Source: Trichosphaerium sp. ATCC 40318 (taxonomy: Eukaryota; Protista; Tubulinea). Taken from it: a stretch of 64,000 bases of DNA. The position numbers and the translations under genes are program-made. The stretch covers positions 1-64,000 of the forward strand of contig JALMLS010000637.1 in the NCBI GenBank assembly GCA_038496445.1, in the 5' to 3' direction. How positions within the stretch are numbered: position 1 is the stretch's first letter; every line of letters starts with the position of its first letter. Positions 49,893 through 62,363 of the stretch are shown here, piece after piece. A model generated the notes under the pieces. That model was not told the origin of the DNA, searched no databases, and saw only the letters and a list, made by a program, of their open reading frames with translations.

Positions 49893-52095
49893 ATGAGGAC
49901 AGTACTAAACATTTTTAGATTTGTTTCGCTCCTAGGCGGTGTTGCTGTTTGTATTGGTTGTGGTTCCCTCTACGCCATGCCAATCTTCTCAGATTACCTA
50001 GAAAGGGAGCTAAAAGCAACGCCAGTAGAAGTACGTTACTACTTTTGTTATTTGCTTATCTAAGCCAACAAACACAGATGGGGCTTATTGCCGCTCTTGG
50101 CTGGGCCGGCTTTGCTATTGTTTGTGTTCCACTTGGTATATTACAAGTACGTACTAAAATGGCGCTTTTATCGTTAATGTTCACGTGATTTTGCGGCTAA
50201 CACGTGCTTTTGGAACTTTTTTTTGTACGCGTTTAAGAATTGTTATTAACATAATTCTCAAGGGACATTTTGGACATCGTCCACTATTAGTGTTATCATC
50301 TCTTATTGGCGGTATTGGGTATATATTACTGTGGTCTTCTACAACACATAGCAAGCCTAAACCATCACTTTCCCTTTTTGCAAGCTGTTTCTTTTTCATT
50401 GGAATGAGCAGCTATGCCGGGTATGGAAACTACTAAATTGTGTGACAAAATACTTACTCGTTTTACTAAGATTCAGCGCAGCTCTTTGTGGAAATATTAA
50501 GAACTGGACGCCAAGGCATCGTGGCGTTATCATCGCTATACATGGTACAAAGTAATTTTTTACTTTTTTTTTGGAACTAACTGTCAGTTGTTCAGTTGCT
50601 GGTTTTGGATTCTCTTCGGGTTGGTATGCCTTTATGCATAGATGGGCCCTTGATATGAGTTATGAAAGACTATTTTTCACGCTTGCTGTTTGTCATATTC
50701 TACTACCGATCATAGGACTCTTCCTTGTCAGAGGTCAAGTGTTATTATTTTACTTTCTATTTGTTAAAGTTTTGCTAAAGACGGACTCATACCTGAAGTA
50801 CTACATATTACTGATGATGTAGTTGATAAAACCAAAATCCCTGTATCATTATATGGAGAAATCACGTGCCCTGCGATTGCAACTCATCCAGGTATGCTCT
50901 TTTTTAGAACATAGTCCGTGCTTTTTCCTCTTTATACGGATATACCATGCCTGTCAAGTTTTTAATATATTAATATATCGATAGTCTGGTTGTTCGTATG
51001 GGCAGGGTTTATAGTAGGTGGAAGCTCAGCGCTGATGCTACCTCAGGTACTATTTGATTCGTAAATGGCATCTTGATTTATTCTTTTTTTGCTATATAGG
51101 TTCTTGGTCCACTTTCTAAGTCACTTAGAGGTATATCTATGGAGGATGAGATGGTATTCGTTATGGCTATTTGTTTTGGTATATCTGCCCTTGCATCAGG
51201 ATTCCTCAGTGATTTTTTTATAAGAAGAGCACCACGTGTACAACAACTATTTATCATTTTTAACTAAAATCTCCGAAATAGATAACATGGATGGTGCCCG
51301 GTTTATTATCCATAGCCATTGCCCAGGTACATACTGTACCTTTTAGTATTTTAAATAGTGTATAGATTCTATCAGCTATAGGTATGAGTTGGTATGTATT
51401 ATGGGTGGCTGTTGTAATGAATGGTATCGGGCTCGGACTTATTTTTGTTGGAAGTACGTTTAACATATACCATGAGCTCTGTGCTTTCGTAGAAACTACA
51501 TAGACAGTTTTTGCTTAGTCAAGACTAATTTAATTTAGCACTAATAACAATAAATGCTTATTTCGGAGACACCAACTACGCAGCAAACGTTGCATGGGTT
51601 TTACTAGGTAAGCTTTGTCACCAAAAAAAAATTAACAGAAAATTTGAAAATAAACAAAGATTGATTCAATTGTTACTTAAGGTATGGCTTTTGGTGATAT
51701 TTTACTTGAAATTATTGGTGCTGAGATATATAAGTCAAAAGCCAACGACAGCGGAATATGTGAAGGTGAGTATTTAACACATTTTTAAGTGTCACAGTTT
51801 TCAGTTTTTTTCGAGGTTGTTTTAATACTTTCTAGATGGGTATAATTGCTTTCGTATAATATTTATTATAACGTCAGTTGCAACAGTATTAGTTTGTTTG
51901 CCAATGACAATTCTTGTTCGAAATGCAAGAAAGAGAGAACACAGGTATGACCTATTTCACAAAAACAACTGTGCAAATAAGCTAAACGATCTCGCTTTAT
52001 TTTGTTTTACAGTAATATCTAATTTCTTACTGATTACTAATGTTACTAATAGATGGTTACACATGGAAGAAATGTCAGATTTTGAAGATTATTGA
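49893..52095 (+). CDS. Major facilitator superfamily transporter (nodulin-like/OFA type)
   Basis: Multiple TM exons with GSLYAMPIFSDYL, G.LQGHFGHRP, NIKNWTPRHRGVI, GFGFS and SGFLSDF motifs. Confidence 0.8.
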
Positions 52096-52425
52096 AAGCT
52101 GCTAAGCTGCTGTTAAAGAAAAAAGTTTTTTTGTTGATGCTGAGTTTCATATGTCTTTCAATTACCAATATTGAGAACGTGTTAGATGATGTCTTACCCA
52201 TGAGTATACTTTGAATGTTGACGTCACTGTTTTGGTTTCATATCACGTGTACGCAACAGCGACTGCTTTTGTGAATAGTTCGATGAGATCTCGAAAACGC
52301 TTTTATCGACAGGTTCTCTGAATTAGGTTTTTTGTAGTCAGTTGTGGTCTTTTGGTCTTTTCTGAATTTATAGCCTGCAAAACACAATTCCAGTTAATAA
52401 AACAGTTTCTTTGCAAGTAATAAGA

Positions 52426-53981
52426 ATGGTTGAAGACAGTACGTCGCGTTTAATATATGTACAGACCTTTTTTCGTACTTTTTAGGCAAATGCACTTCAA
52501 ACGCATTCTTTACAATTACAGACGCCATAACCTTCGATTTAATAGCTAAAAATAATAAATTGCTTTGTACTCAGCTGGAGGGACCTCTAACATTTACTAG
52601 CACAAACAATTGTCATTGACAACGGATCGCACAAAATTAGGGCTGGGTTTTCGGGCGAAGAAGAGCCAAACATAATTTTCTCGTCTATAATTGGTTTCCA
52701 ATCAAAAACTGACTCGGAGCAAGAAAAAACCGATTCCTACGTTGGCGATGAAGCAATGTCAAGACGTGAAACCTTGTCTATAAGAAATCCAATTGAAAAA
52801 GGAAGAATCAACAGCTGGGACGATATGGAGAAGATATGGCATCATGCCCTATATGATAAGCTCAAGGTTGCTCCAGAAGATCACACGTTCCTAATGACTG
52901 AAGCTCCACTTAATCCAAAAGCCTCAAGGTTCGAAACAACGTTCAAGGAAAGGAAGTTGAGGGGGTTTTTTTCTTTTTTTTTTCCTCTTTTTTTCAGTGC
53001 TCATCGTTTTCTTTTAGAGAAAATATGGTTTCTATCTTGTTTGATAAGTTTAATGTAAAGGCGATACATATTGCGTCACAACCTGCATTATGTCTTTATG
53101 GTTCTGGTAGAACGACAGGTATTGTGATTGACTCTGGGCGTGATATTACAAGAGTTGTTCCAGTCAGTGATGGTCTTGTGCTTCCGCATGCAATACTCAG
53201 TATAGATATTGGTGGCCGCACTATAACAGAGTATTTGAATAAACTGATTTCTAGCGGAAAGGATAGTTCCATTAAGACAGTATATGATGTTAATACTGTG
53301 CGAGAAATGAAGGAAAACTTATGCTATGTGGCCAATGACTTTGAAAAAGAAATGAAAAAAGATACTTTGGAAGGTTCAAAGGTACTTGCTTGAAGTACAT
53401 GTCCTATTTTTAAACTGCTTTTATCATTATGCACCAGTTTCGTATGTTTATACTTCATTATTGTAGTGTTTACAGTCTCCAATGAACCTAAAAAAATTTC
53501 GCAGTTGATTTTTTGGAGCAAAGATTCACTTCTCTTCATGCTTCCTCTTACCCTTATTTTCTCTTAGTCTTATGAAATATCAAGCGGTAATAATATCAAG
53601 ATAGATAAAGAAAGATTTAGGTGCACAGAAGCACTATTTCAACCAAGACATATTGACATGAATTGCTCTGGCATTCATGAAATGGCTTATAGCTGCTTAA
53701 CAAAATGTGATGTAGAGTTCCGTAATGAATTATATGGGAATATTGTGTTGTCTGGAGGTAATACAATGATAAAGGGTTTCGAAGAAAGATTACAAAAGGA
53801 ATTAACCTCAAAATGTGGAGATGTATTTACACCAACAGTGTTTGCAGAAAATAGTAGAGATTATAATGCATGGATTGGTGGTTCTATAGTTTCTTCACTT
53901 GATGGATTCTCCGATATGTGCCTAACAAAAGAATGGTTCGATGAGCATGGACCAAGTAGAATACACACGCTTTGTATGTAA
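52426..53981 (+). CDS. Divergent actin / actin-related protein
   Basis: IVIDNGS, YVGDEA, NPIEKG.I.SWDDMEKIWHH, TEAPLNP, GRTTGIVIDSG, NIVLSGGNTM and WIGGSI. Confidence 0.93.
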
Positions 53982-54250
53982 ACCATAAACACAGATTTTA
54001 GTGTTGCCTTTCACAGATAGAAATATCCAAAAATGAGTTTTTAGTCTTTCTTTGTTCCGTTAAAACGGGTCATTCACGTGACTTGTTTGCTATCAGTTAA
54101 TTCTGATAGCAAGGAATCCGTTGTTGTTTTTGACATAGTGAGATTGATCGAGTTGTACGTAATAAAGTCAGAGGCAGAAAACAGTTGACTTTGTGCCAGG
54201 CAGCGCTTTGCGAATTTAGTACGCGTGGCACGCAAGTTGTCGTTTCAGTT

Positions 54251-54959
54251 ATGGCTTCTGTAAAATTTGTGTATCGCTACAAACAGCGCAATTATATTGT
54301 AGCTGTTAAAAAGTTTGGTACAACTGTTTTAGATTTAAAAAAGGCTATACACGCCTCATGTGGTCTTGGTATGCTCTATAACATGTCATCAAACTAATAA
54401 TAGCACAGAAGTAGCCAAACAAAAGATAATAGGATTGGAAAAGGGTAAAGTAGCTCTAGATAATGTAAGCGTTTTCTATTACGTATATTGACGCGTCCGT
54501 AGGTATATTTATCGTCAGTGAAGCTTAAACGAAAAAACAAAATAAAACTCATCGAAATATCGCCACAATCATTTAAAGAACCGCCAAAACCTCAACCAAA
54601 AGCGCCTGCACCAAAACCGTCACCTCAACCACAAAAACAACAAAAACCACAAAAGGTACCTCAAAACGCTCTTAAATAATACCTAAAACAATATACAGAC
54701 AAAACTAGAGCAATTACGTGAGATTGCAGAAGAAATTGTAACAACAGAGACAGAAGTGACAATACTCACTTCTATATCACCAACAGAACTTACAGACACA
54801 CAGAGATTCGACCTTCGGAAATATGCGGAGTACTTGACACAAAAAATGCTGGTTCTAGACGGCGTCAGTGGTGGTGATGATGTTCGTGTTGAAAGAAAAA
54901 AACTTATTGTACACATACAAGACCTTCATAAGAAAATAGAAGAAGCTCTAAAAGCATAA
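54251..54959 (+). CDS. BAG-family Hsp70 co-chaperone (ubiquitin-like domain, Pro-rich linker, BAG domain; BAG1-like)
   Basis: N-terminal TVLDLKKAI..GL..KQKII (Ubl), PKPQPKAPAPKPSPQP linker, and EYLTQKMLVLDGV..VRVERKKLIVHIQ (BAG). Confidence 0.85.
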
Positions 54960-55504
54960 AAATCATCAAACAAATCACGTGTTTTGGAAAAGAAAAAAAA
55001 GTACAAAAACAACCGTGTCTCAACTGGTTTGGGAGTAGTGTGTGGGAGTTCTATGAGGGAAAAATATTGATGGATGTAATACATCGACAACAGGATAATC
55101 ATTGTACTTGTAACATAATACAAAACATAAATGTTAATGAAAAACTAAGCAAGAAAAACTCGTTATTTTAGTTTGGATGTTTTGTCTACATGTGATCTAA
55201 TACAATTCAACGTGCCATAAAGGGCGTTAGCCCTTACCTCCACTGGCCATTCATCCAGCGTAGTAACGTAGTAAGGTCATATTCATCTAAGCCCAAATTC
55301 AGTAAATATTGTTGTTTGCAGTGTTACGTAAAATATTCACTCATGAGATCTCGTTGTTTTGACTTGAGATGCAGAGGTAGTTTTGGCTTCAGTAATTTTG
55401 TTTTAATCATACAAACTATCTTGGTTTACACATTACATACTAATATCAAGCATACACATTTTGTTTAGAAGACCTTTCTTTACTAATCTCCCTTGTTAAA
55501 TAAA

Positions 55505-57513
55505 TTATCCTAGACAGCACTCTCCACTGACACCAGGACAATATCCTTTAGCGAATTTACCGTTGCATGAACCAGATGGTAGGCACAGACCAATTTCACG
55601 TCTTACAACGCACAAGTCACGAACGTAGTCACTATCCTAAAGAAAAAAAAAGATGTCAGTCAAGATATCTCTTAACTTTGTTTGAGTGTAGAAGATGTAC
55701 GTACATTATAGTAAGTAGCTTCTATTGTACGACGGTTTACGAGACCAGCTGGTGTAGTTCCTCTAGTGGTTCTAGCAAGACTCAAAAAGGCGGTTTTAAT
55801 TGAAGCTGAAAGAAGTTAGTACAACAAAGGAAAGTTTTTAGTAGATGTATGGGTAACGTACATGCTCTCGCTCCTTCACTGGCTCTCTTATATAAATCAG
55901 AAGACTTGAATCTTTTTACGCCAACGCTTAAGGCAACAGATACCAATGCGTCAAACTGGTGTTGTTTCAAAGGAAGGCGTATTGCACTAAAAAAGTACAT
56001 CAGTATTGTCTTAACAAACGGTTCAAGCGTATCTACGTACCGAACAGCTCGAGCTTCAGGAGTCATAGAACTATCAAAACGTAATATGGCGTCACCTTCA
56101 AAATGAGATAGAAATGGGATAACAATAAATGGCTATTGAATAAAAGTTAGAGCATGTCAAAAAAAAAACTCTTCCAAAAAAAAACAATCACAAAGAAAAG
56201 AGCAACGTACTTTTCCTCTAGGATTCAATGCGATAATTTTATCACAATCGTTATAATCTGTAGCTTTAGAACCTCTTACACACTTGTGACCATATCCAAC
56301 AGCAGTAATACCGTTTGAGTACGTTTTGAAATTTCCAATGAATCCTTCAAAATTTTTCATCATTTCTAATCCACGTTCAGTTACTGTCATTTCTGAGTTT
56401 ACTGTTGGTTCAGCTTCTTCTTCTTCTTGCGGTATTTCTTCCTCAGGGACTTCAATTTCCTCTTCTTCTTGCTCACAAGTTGAAGCAATTGCAAATCCTG
56501 CAAGTGGAGCTGAACCAAGTTTTCTACCCGTATTCCAACCATATCTACCATCTACTTTAAGTGGCCTAGCGTTTGGATTGTTGATATTCCAAAGTCTAAG
56601 CAAACTAAGTTAACAACAAGCCGAGAAAAGAAAAGGAAAAAAAAAATCAAAAACAACATCTAGATGTTGAACACTGAGCTTCTAAACTCTCGCTATGGTA
56701 TGTCACTTACTGTTGGAATGCCTTAATAGACTCAGGGATGATTGTATTATCACCATGAACGTAATCAAAATGAACTGGATCCCAACTACCAAGAAATTTC
56801 CAACCAAACCTTCTAATCGTATCGATGGTATACCTAGAAGGATTATGTCTCACTCCGTTTCTCACTTCAACGAAATCCACACCGAGACCGCCATTATGGT
56901 TGCTTTGGCCTAAGGAATCAATAAATACGACTTATCTTGAGGTTATCGCTTTGTTCGCGTATAGAGATAATTATACACTCCATACCTGGTGGTGCGGCAG
57001 CTCGAATACATCCTGAACCTCTCCAGCTTCTTAAAACATATTGGTCAGCTAAAGTACGAAAACCGCTGTTGATTCTGATTCTGAGGCTAGGACGAGTATC
57101 TAGGTATGCAAATAGCGCGTCTACTGCAGGTGCTTGCATGAATCTGTAATTCCGAAAAGGTTTAGTGAACTGTGTTTTGGAATCAGAACAATCCAATAGC
57201 GTACGAGAAGATATGAGAGTCGTGTGCGATTTGTGGGTGCCCCGAGAATGATTTAAACTTTGTTTTAGTAATGCATTGCATTTGTTTAACAAGTTGGGTG
57301 CTTAGTGCATTTACTTTCGCTGTAGAGCATCTTTCGCTATTTGGAGCATTGCGTGCATCTAATAAGGTATTAGCGCACACTCTTAATACCACAGGAGGCT
57401 CCTATGTTGACTTTGAAGTATTTCGTACAAGAATAAAGCGATTGAGCTTGTACTATTGATACAATGGTTATAAATAATGCAAGAACTGCAAAGTTCTTTG
57501 CTGTTGTGGTCAT
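55505..57513 (-). CDS. Secreted multidomain peptidoglycan hydrolase: signal peptide, M15 (VanY-like) Zn peptidase, PG-binding domain, acidic linker, GH24 lysozyme, Cys-rich tail
   Basis: MTTTAKNFAVLALFITIVSIVQA; INSGFRT, SNHNGGLGVD, DPVHFD; AFQ.LWN..LKVDGRYGWNT; GLEMMKNFEG..TAVGYGH, QFDALVS, GLVNRR.E; C-terminal CLPSGSCNG..CPG..CCLG. Confidence 0.85.
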
Positions 57514-58059
57514 TCTTTTGAAATACGAGAATTATAAGGCAAAAGAAAAACATACTTTCCTTTTTTAATCCCTTTGTTCCTTTTTCATCGTAATACTTGG
57601 GTTGGTATTTGGGACCTAGCGTATAACAAAAGCAGTAGCTGAGACAACATTGTTAAGGCATTAGAACGATATACAACAATTTCTGAAAGTCCGCTAATTT
57701 CTGAAAAAAAATTTTCATCGACATACCGTAAATCAACATTAACCATAAGCTTGAGCATAACATTACCGACACTATTACTTTTTTTTTCCTCTTATAGTTT
57801 TTCTCCTTCTTCTTTCAAAAACCCAAGAATTTTTGATATTGTAACGCCTTTATTGTTTTGTTTGTACTAGTAGAGCATACAATAGGCTTCTTATAAGCAA
57901 CAAACGAGAAAATAAGGCAAGTAATGGTAATGGTTGTTGAGGTTAAGAGGGAATACAGAGTTGGTGACTATTAGCGTCACCAAAACAGTTAATGGCGCCA
58001 AACACTAAGTGTTTGTTTTCATCAACCGTCGACTGTCAAGTCAGACACTTTTTTTTTTT

Positions 58060-58806
58060 CTAATGACAACCGTTTATAGCGTCATATGTTTGAGTATCGT
58101 CATCTCCTGGTAACTACACATCTTTAGCATCGTTATGTTTAGTCATTGCTTTGTATTCATTATAAGGGCGTAACTATACTCAAACGTAAACTGAGCGCCC
58201 TCACAAAGTAACAATAAAAAAAATGACAAGTTTCTCTTTCGGCCGAATTTCGGCTGAGAATTGGTGGACGAGTTAATGTCAACGTTTTACGTACCCACAA
58301 GTGGAAGAACCAGTAACCAACAGTAAGAGCTACTACTATCGTAATAAACAAGCCAAGGTTATACGTCATTGCGATAAGCATGATTAAATACGATAGAATT
58401 ATCTGTGTTGCGTATACAATCAGTTGGAAGAGCGTAAATAGCGTTCTACGGTCAGAATAGTAGCTTTAAAAAAAAAAGAGTGAGTTTCTTTCGTCGGCTT
58501 CGTTTTTTGTTATTTTGCTTGTTTAGTACCTCGTTTTGCGTTTGCGTTCTCTTGCGAGCTTTTGCGAGAAATAATTCAACGCAACATAGCCAATACAGCT
58601 CAGAAACACCACAAATATGCTATTATAGCGTCAATAGGTAAATTTACGAGATGAAAGTACCTAATGACGTAAATAAGGACACTTTTTACGTCCCAGAAGT
58701 CGAAAAGTATTTTAAAGCCTGTAACGTCTGTATTAAAGGTCATTGGCATCATCATCATCATAGGTTTATGGCCGTGCATTGGAGGCATAGGCATAGTTGT
58801 CTGCAT
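58060..58806 (-). CDS. Ctr-family (SLC31) copper transporter
   Basis: Met/His-rich N-terminus MPMPPMHGHKPMMMMMPMTF, ILFDFW, the MxxxM motif YLIMLIAMTYN, and C-terminal GCH. Confidence 0.92.
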
Positions 58807-59196
58807 TTTGTAAAACTATTGAGGAAAATATTTCTTTCGTTGCTTAGAGTAGGAGTATTCAGGCGAAATGTTATTGGGGCACGATAATTTTTCGGCTTCT
58901 TTGTTTCGCGCATTTATCAAAATCAAGATTTAATGTGCTCACTACCGTTTATTATTACTTCCCACGCGATAACAATAACAAAAAGATCAATACGTACTGA
59001 TTCCAAAATATGATTACCGGCGTATAATTGCCACAAGGTTTGTTACCGGGTTTATCGCTTGTTCCATACGATACACACGTTTCTCACTGAGGTGTTAAGG
59101 TAGTTTAGGCCTTGATATAAGTCTGAGAAAAAAAATAGTAGCTTCACCAATTTTGACTGAATTACGTTTCATCAAACAACATCAAAACTACAAGCG

Positions 59197-61189
59197 ATGG
59201 AACACAAGCAACCACGAAACGAAGAACAGAACTCCTTGCCAGTGTCAAAAGACAATGCCGGAAAGCAAAACAGCGCCAACCAGGTTTCTGCAACCGAAGA
59301 AGGCTCTTTTTGACGTATGTTGGGGTTTATTTAACAGTTAGAACTAATTTGTTTTAGTATCGGCTCCAGGGCCTAAGCCGGTCCTGTCTGAATCTACACT
59401 CGCTGCTATGCCGCATTTAAACATTGTTTTCATCGGTCATGTTGACGCTGGAAAATCTACCTTGTGTGGTAATACTTTGTACCATACAGGTATGGTAGAT
59501 GCGCGTAAAATACAAGAGTGCAAGAATGAGGCGAAAAAGAACAAGATGGAAGGATGGTAAGCGCTTCTAAACAATTTTACTTCAAAATGTTTTTTTTGAA
59601 TGGAAAACGCAAACAAATGCTCATCATTTCGTTAGGTTCGCTGCCTATTTGATGGACACCGATAAGGACGAGCGTGCTAGGGGTAAAACAGTAACTGTAG
59701 CGAGAGCGTGGTTTCACACTGCTAAAAAACGTTACACGATGCTTGATTGTCCAGGTCATCGCAATTATGTCCCTAATCTGGTCCCAGCAGTTGCTCAAGC
59801 AGATGTTGCTGTATTGGTTATATCAGCACGTGGTGATGAGTTCGAGAAAGGTAACTTCAAGCGACAAGTCACTTGTTTTTCTTTGTTGTTGACTTTTTTT
59901 TAAAGGTATTGGAAAGGACAACAATAAGAGCGAACATTCGCATACTGGGCAAACCAGAGAGCATGTTATTATTGCACGTTCTTTGGGTGTATCCCGGTTT
60001 GTTGTTGTGATATCAAAGATGGACGATAGCACTTGTAACTGGGCTGAATCGAGGTACGAGTTTGTTTTTTTTTCTGTTTATTTTTGCGTCTACAAGGCTT
60101 GATGTTATTGACTGACTTTGCCTGTTTAGGTTCAAAAAGATCAAGGATAAGCTATCTACGTTTTTCAAGAGCTTACGTATCTCTAAGAATGCCGTACACT
60201 TCATGCCAATTTCAGGTAATTTTTTGATTTTTTTTTTGATTTTGATGTGTTCTTATTAATCGTTTGTAGGTTTGTCTGGCGCCGGTATCAACCAACCTGT
60301 ACCCGCTAAATGGTACACTGGACCTACTCTATGTGGTCACTTGGATGAACTTCCTGAACTCCGTGATGGTACTGCAAAGGCGCTTTGTTTGCCTGTTCTT
60401 GATATATTCAAAGATCCTGAAGGCAACAGTCAAGTGGTACATATTTGAGTTTTTTGCTCTAGTCTTATTAAACATCGTTCTAGGTCATCACAAAGGTCGA
60501 AGAAGGTACTGCCAATACTGGTGATGTACTGTATATTCACCCAGGACCAGTACGTGCATTTGTTAGATTATATGGCTTCGTTTACTTATATTCTATGTTC
60601 AGGGCACTTGCAAGGTTACCTCACTTTCTATATCAACTCATGCTGTTCCATTGAACAAAGCAAAGCGCGGGGAAAACTTGTGGATGACTGTATCGATCTC
60701 TTCTGGTGCTGATTTGCGTGTTGGATCGGTTTTATCTGACCAAGAAGCTCCAATGGTTTGCAAGGAATTTCTCGCTGAGTGTGGTATTTTTGCGCTTCCA
60801 GATCAAGTATTATTTGCTCCAGGACTTACAGGAATCATGCATATTCATACTGCAACTGTAGGATTTAAAGTAGTGGTAAGACAAAACAAACAAAAACACC
60901 AAGCTCATCTTTTTTTCCGTTTTTCTTTTTATGCTCGACACCTGTTTTTGACACTCTGTCTTAGCGTTTGATGGAAAAGTTTGATCCTTCGAAAGGAGAG
61001 ATGGTCAAGGTTCCAAAAACAAAGCAATTTGTTGGTGTAGGCGTTAAAGTAACATGTATTATTGTTCTTGATTCCAAAGTGGCTGCCACCACTTTTAAGC
61101 AGTCTTCAAAGCTTGGGCGCTTTGTTATGCGCGGAGGTGGTATGTCTTTTGGATCAGGTAGGATAATTCGCATTAAGCCATCCAACTAA
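59197..61189 (+). CDS. eRF3 (Sup35/GSPT)-like translational GTPase with an in-frame UGA at 59311-59313 (alternative start ATG 59408)
   Basis: HLNIVFIGHVDAGKST, TGMVD, ERARGKTV, LDCPGH, VLVISAR..EFEKG, GQTREH, SKMDD.T.NW, PISG and LGRFVMR. All downstream exons splice in frame. Confidence 0.85.
59311..59386 (+). promoter_or_regulatory. Candidate stop-codon readthrough signal (spliced UGA-CUA plus a downstream GC-rich hairpin)
   Basis: TGA C|gtatgt...ctaat...ttttag|TA TCG gives UGA CUA after splicing. Stem CAGGGCC (59367-59373) pairs with GGTCCTG (59380-59386) and starts 10 nt after the stop in the mRNA. Confidence 0.55.
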
Positions 61190-61575
61190 ATACAAAAAAA
61201 TATGACGCTGCAAGGATAACCACTACAAATACAAAAAATCACGTAATAAACATTTACAATAATTTCCTCCTTGTCATTAATTGTGTAACAGTGTTATGAA
61301 GTATTGACTACTCTTTATGTATCAATACATGAATGAACTTTGACCACAACACATACTTTTGCGCAAGTTTCCCAGTCGCTGGAACGAAAAACATAGTCGG
61401 TGATTGCAATAATTTTTTGTTGTATTTTCGTGGGTTTTCTGCTTGTGAAGTTGTTAAGTACTAATTTGTCCTTAGAAGGGTCTATACAATCACCACTCAA
61501 CAAGCCCTTACATTCTTTGAGGTCAACTGAGTTATTGTACTGAGTGGGTACCGAACTTTGTTTATTTTATTCATA

Positions 61576-62363
61576 ATGCTGACCAGTCCCAATACTATGG
61601 TGTGCGAGGTATCATAATCCTAATATAAGGCGAAGTAGTTAACAACTAATATTAATAGAGATTAACTGCACTATCACGTAATTTCCATCTATTAAACCTA
61701 CCAGTTGAGATCCAGCTAGATATTACAGATTTGGACTCATTTGCATATTTTATATGGCCACTTATGTCGAAACAGGCAGCAATGACCACAAGGTTTGATG
61801 GTGAGATGAAAAAGCATGGAAAATGGGTTCGAAGGTTCAATAAGAAACTTGTAGAGCAAAACTACTGGAAACACGGAGTAAGAGACGGAGAACACAAAGA
61901 ATGGCATTTCAACGGCCAATTGGAGACCCAGTGTAATTACATCAATGGCAAACGAGAAGGAGAATGTAAACAATGGCATTTCACTGGTGAATTATATAGC
62001 CAGTTTAATTACATCAATGACAAACTGGAAGGTGAATACAAGCAATGGCATGACAATGGCCAACTGAGGAAGCGTTTTAATTACGTAAATGGCAAACGAG
62101 AAGGAGAATGCAAACAATGGCATTTCACTGGTGAATTATATAGCCAGTTTAATTACATCAATGACAAACTGGAAGGTGAATACAAACAATGGCATCACAA
62201 TGGCCAATTGTGCGTGCAGTTTAATTACATTAATGGCAAACAAGAAGGAGAATGCAATGTATGGTATGCCAATGGCCAATTGGAGAGCCAGTGTAATTAC
62301 ATCAACGGTAAACAAGAAGGAGAAGGCAAACGCTGGCGTGATAATGGCCAATTAATTGTGTAA
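61576..62363 (+). CDS. F-box-like plus MORN-variant (YwqK-like) repeat protein
   Basis: Exon 1 MLTSPNTMVCE, intron 61609-61658, then LLNLPVEIQLDI (F-box-like) and about 7 24-aa repeats NY.NGK.EGE.KQW..NGQL. Confidence 0.8.

Noticed and set aside
59311-59313. Selenocysteine insertion or genome-wide UGA reassignment
   Set aside because: No convincing SECIS in the short AT-rich 3' UTR. The site lies in a low-complexity N-terminus. Other genes in the window terminate at TGA and use TGG for Trp.
59308-59320. prfB-style +1 frameshift at UUU UGA C
   Set aside because: The +1 frame of the spliced mRNA reaches TAA at about 59418-59420. The GTPase is in the 0 frame, so readthrough or downstream initiation fits, not frameshifting.
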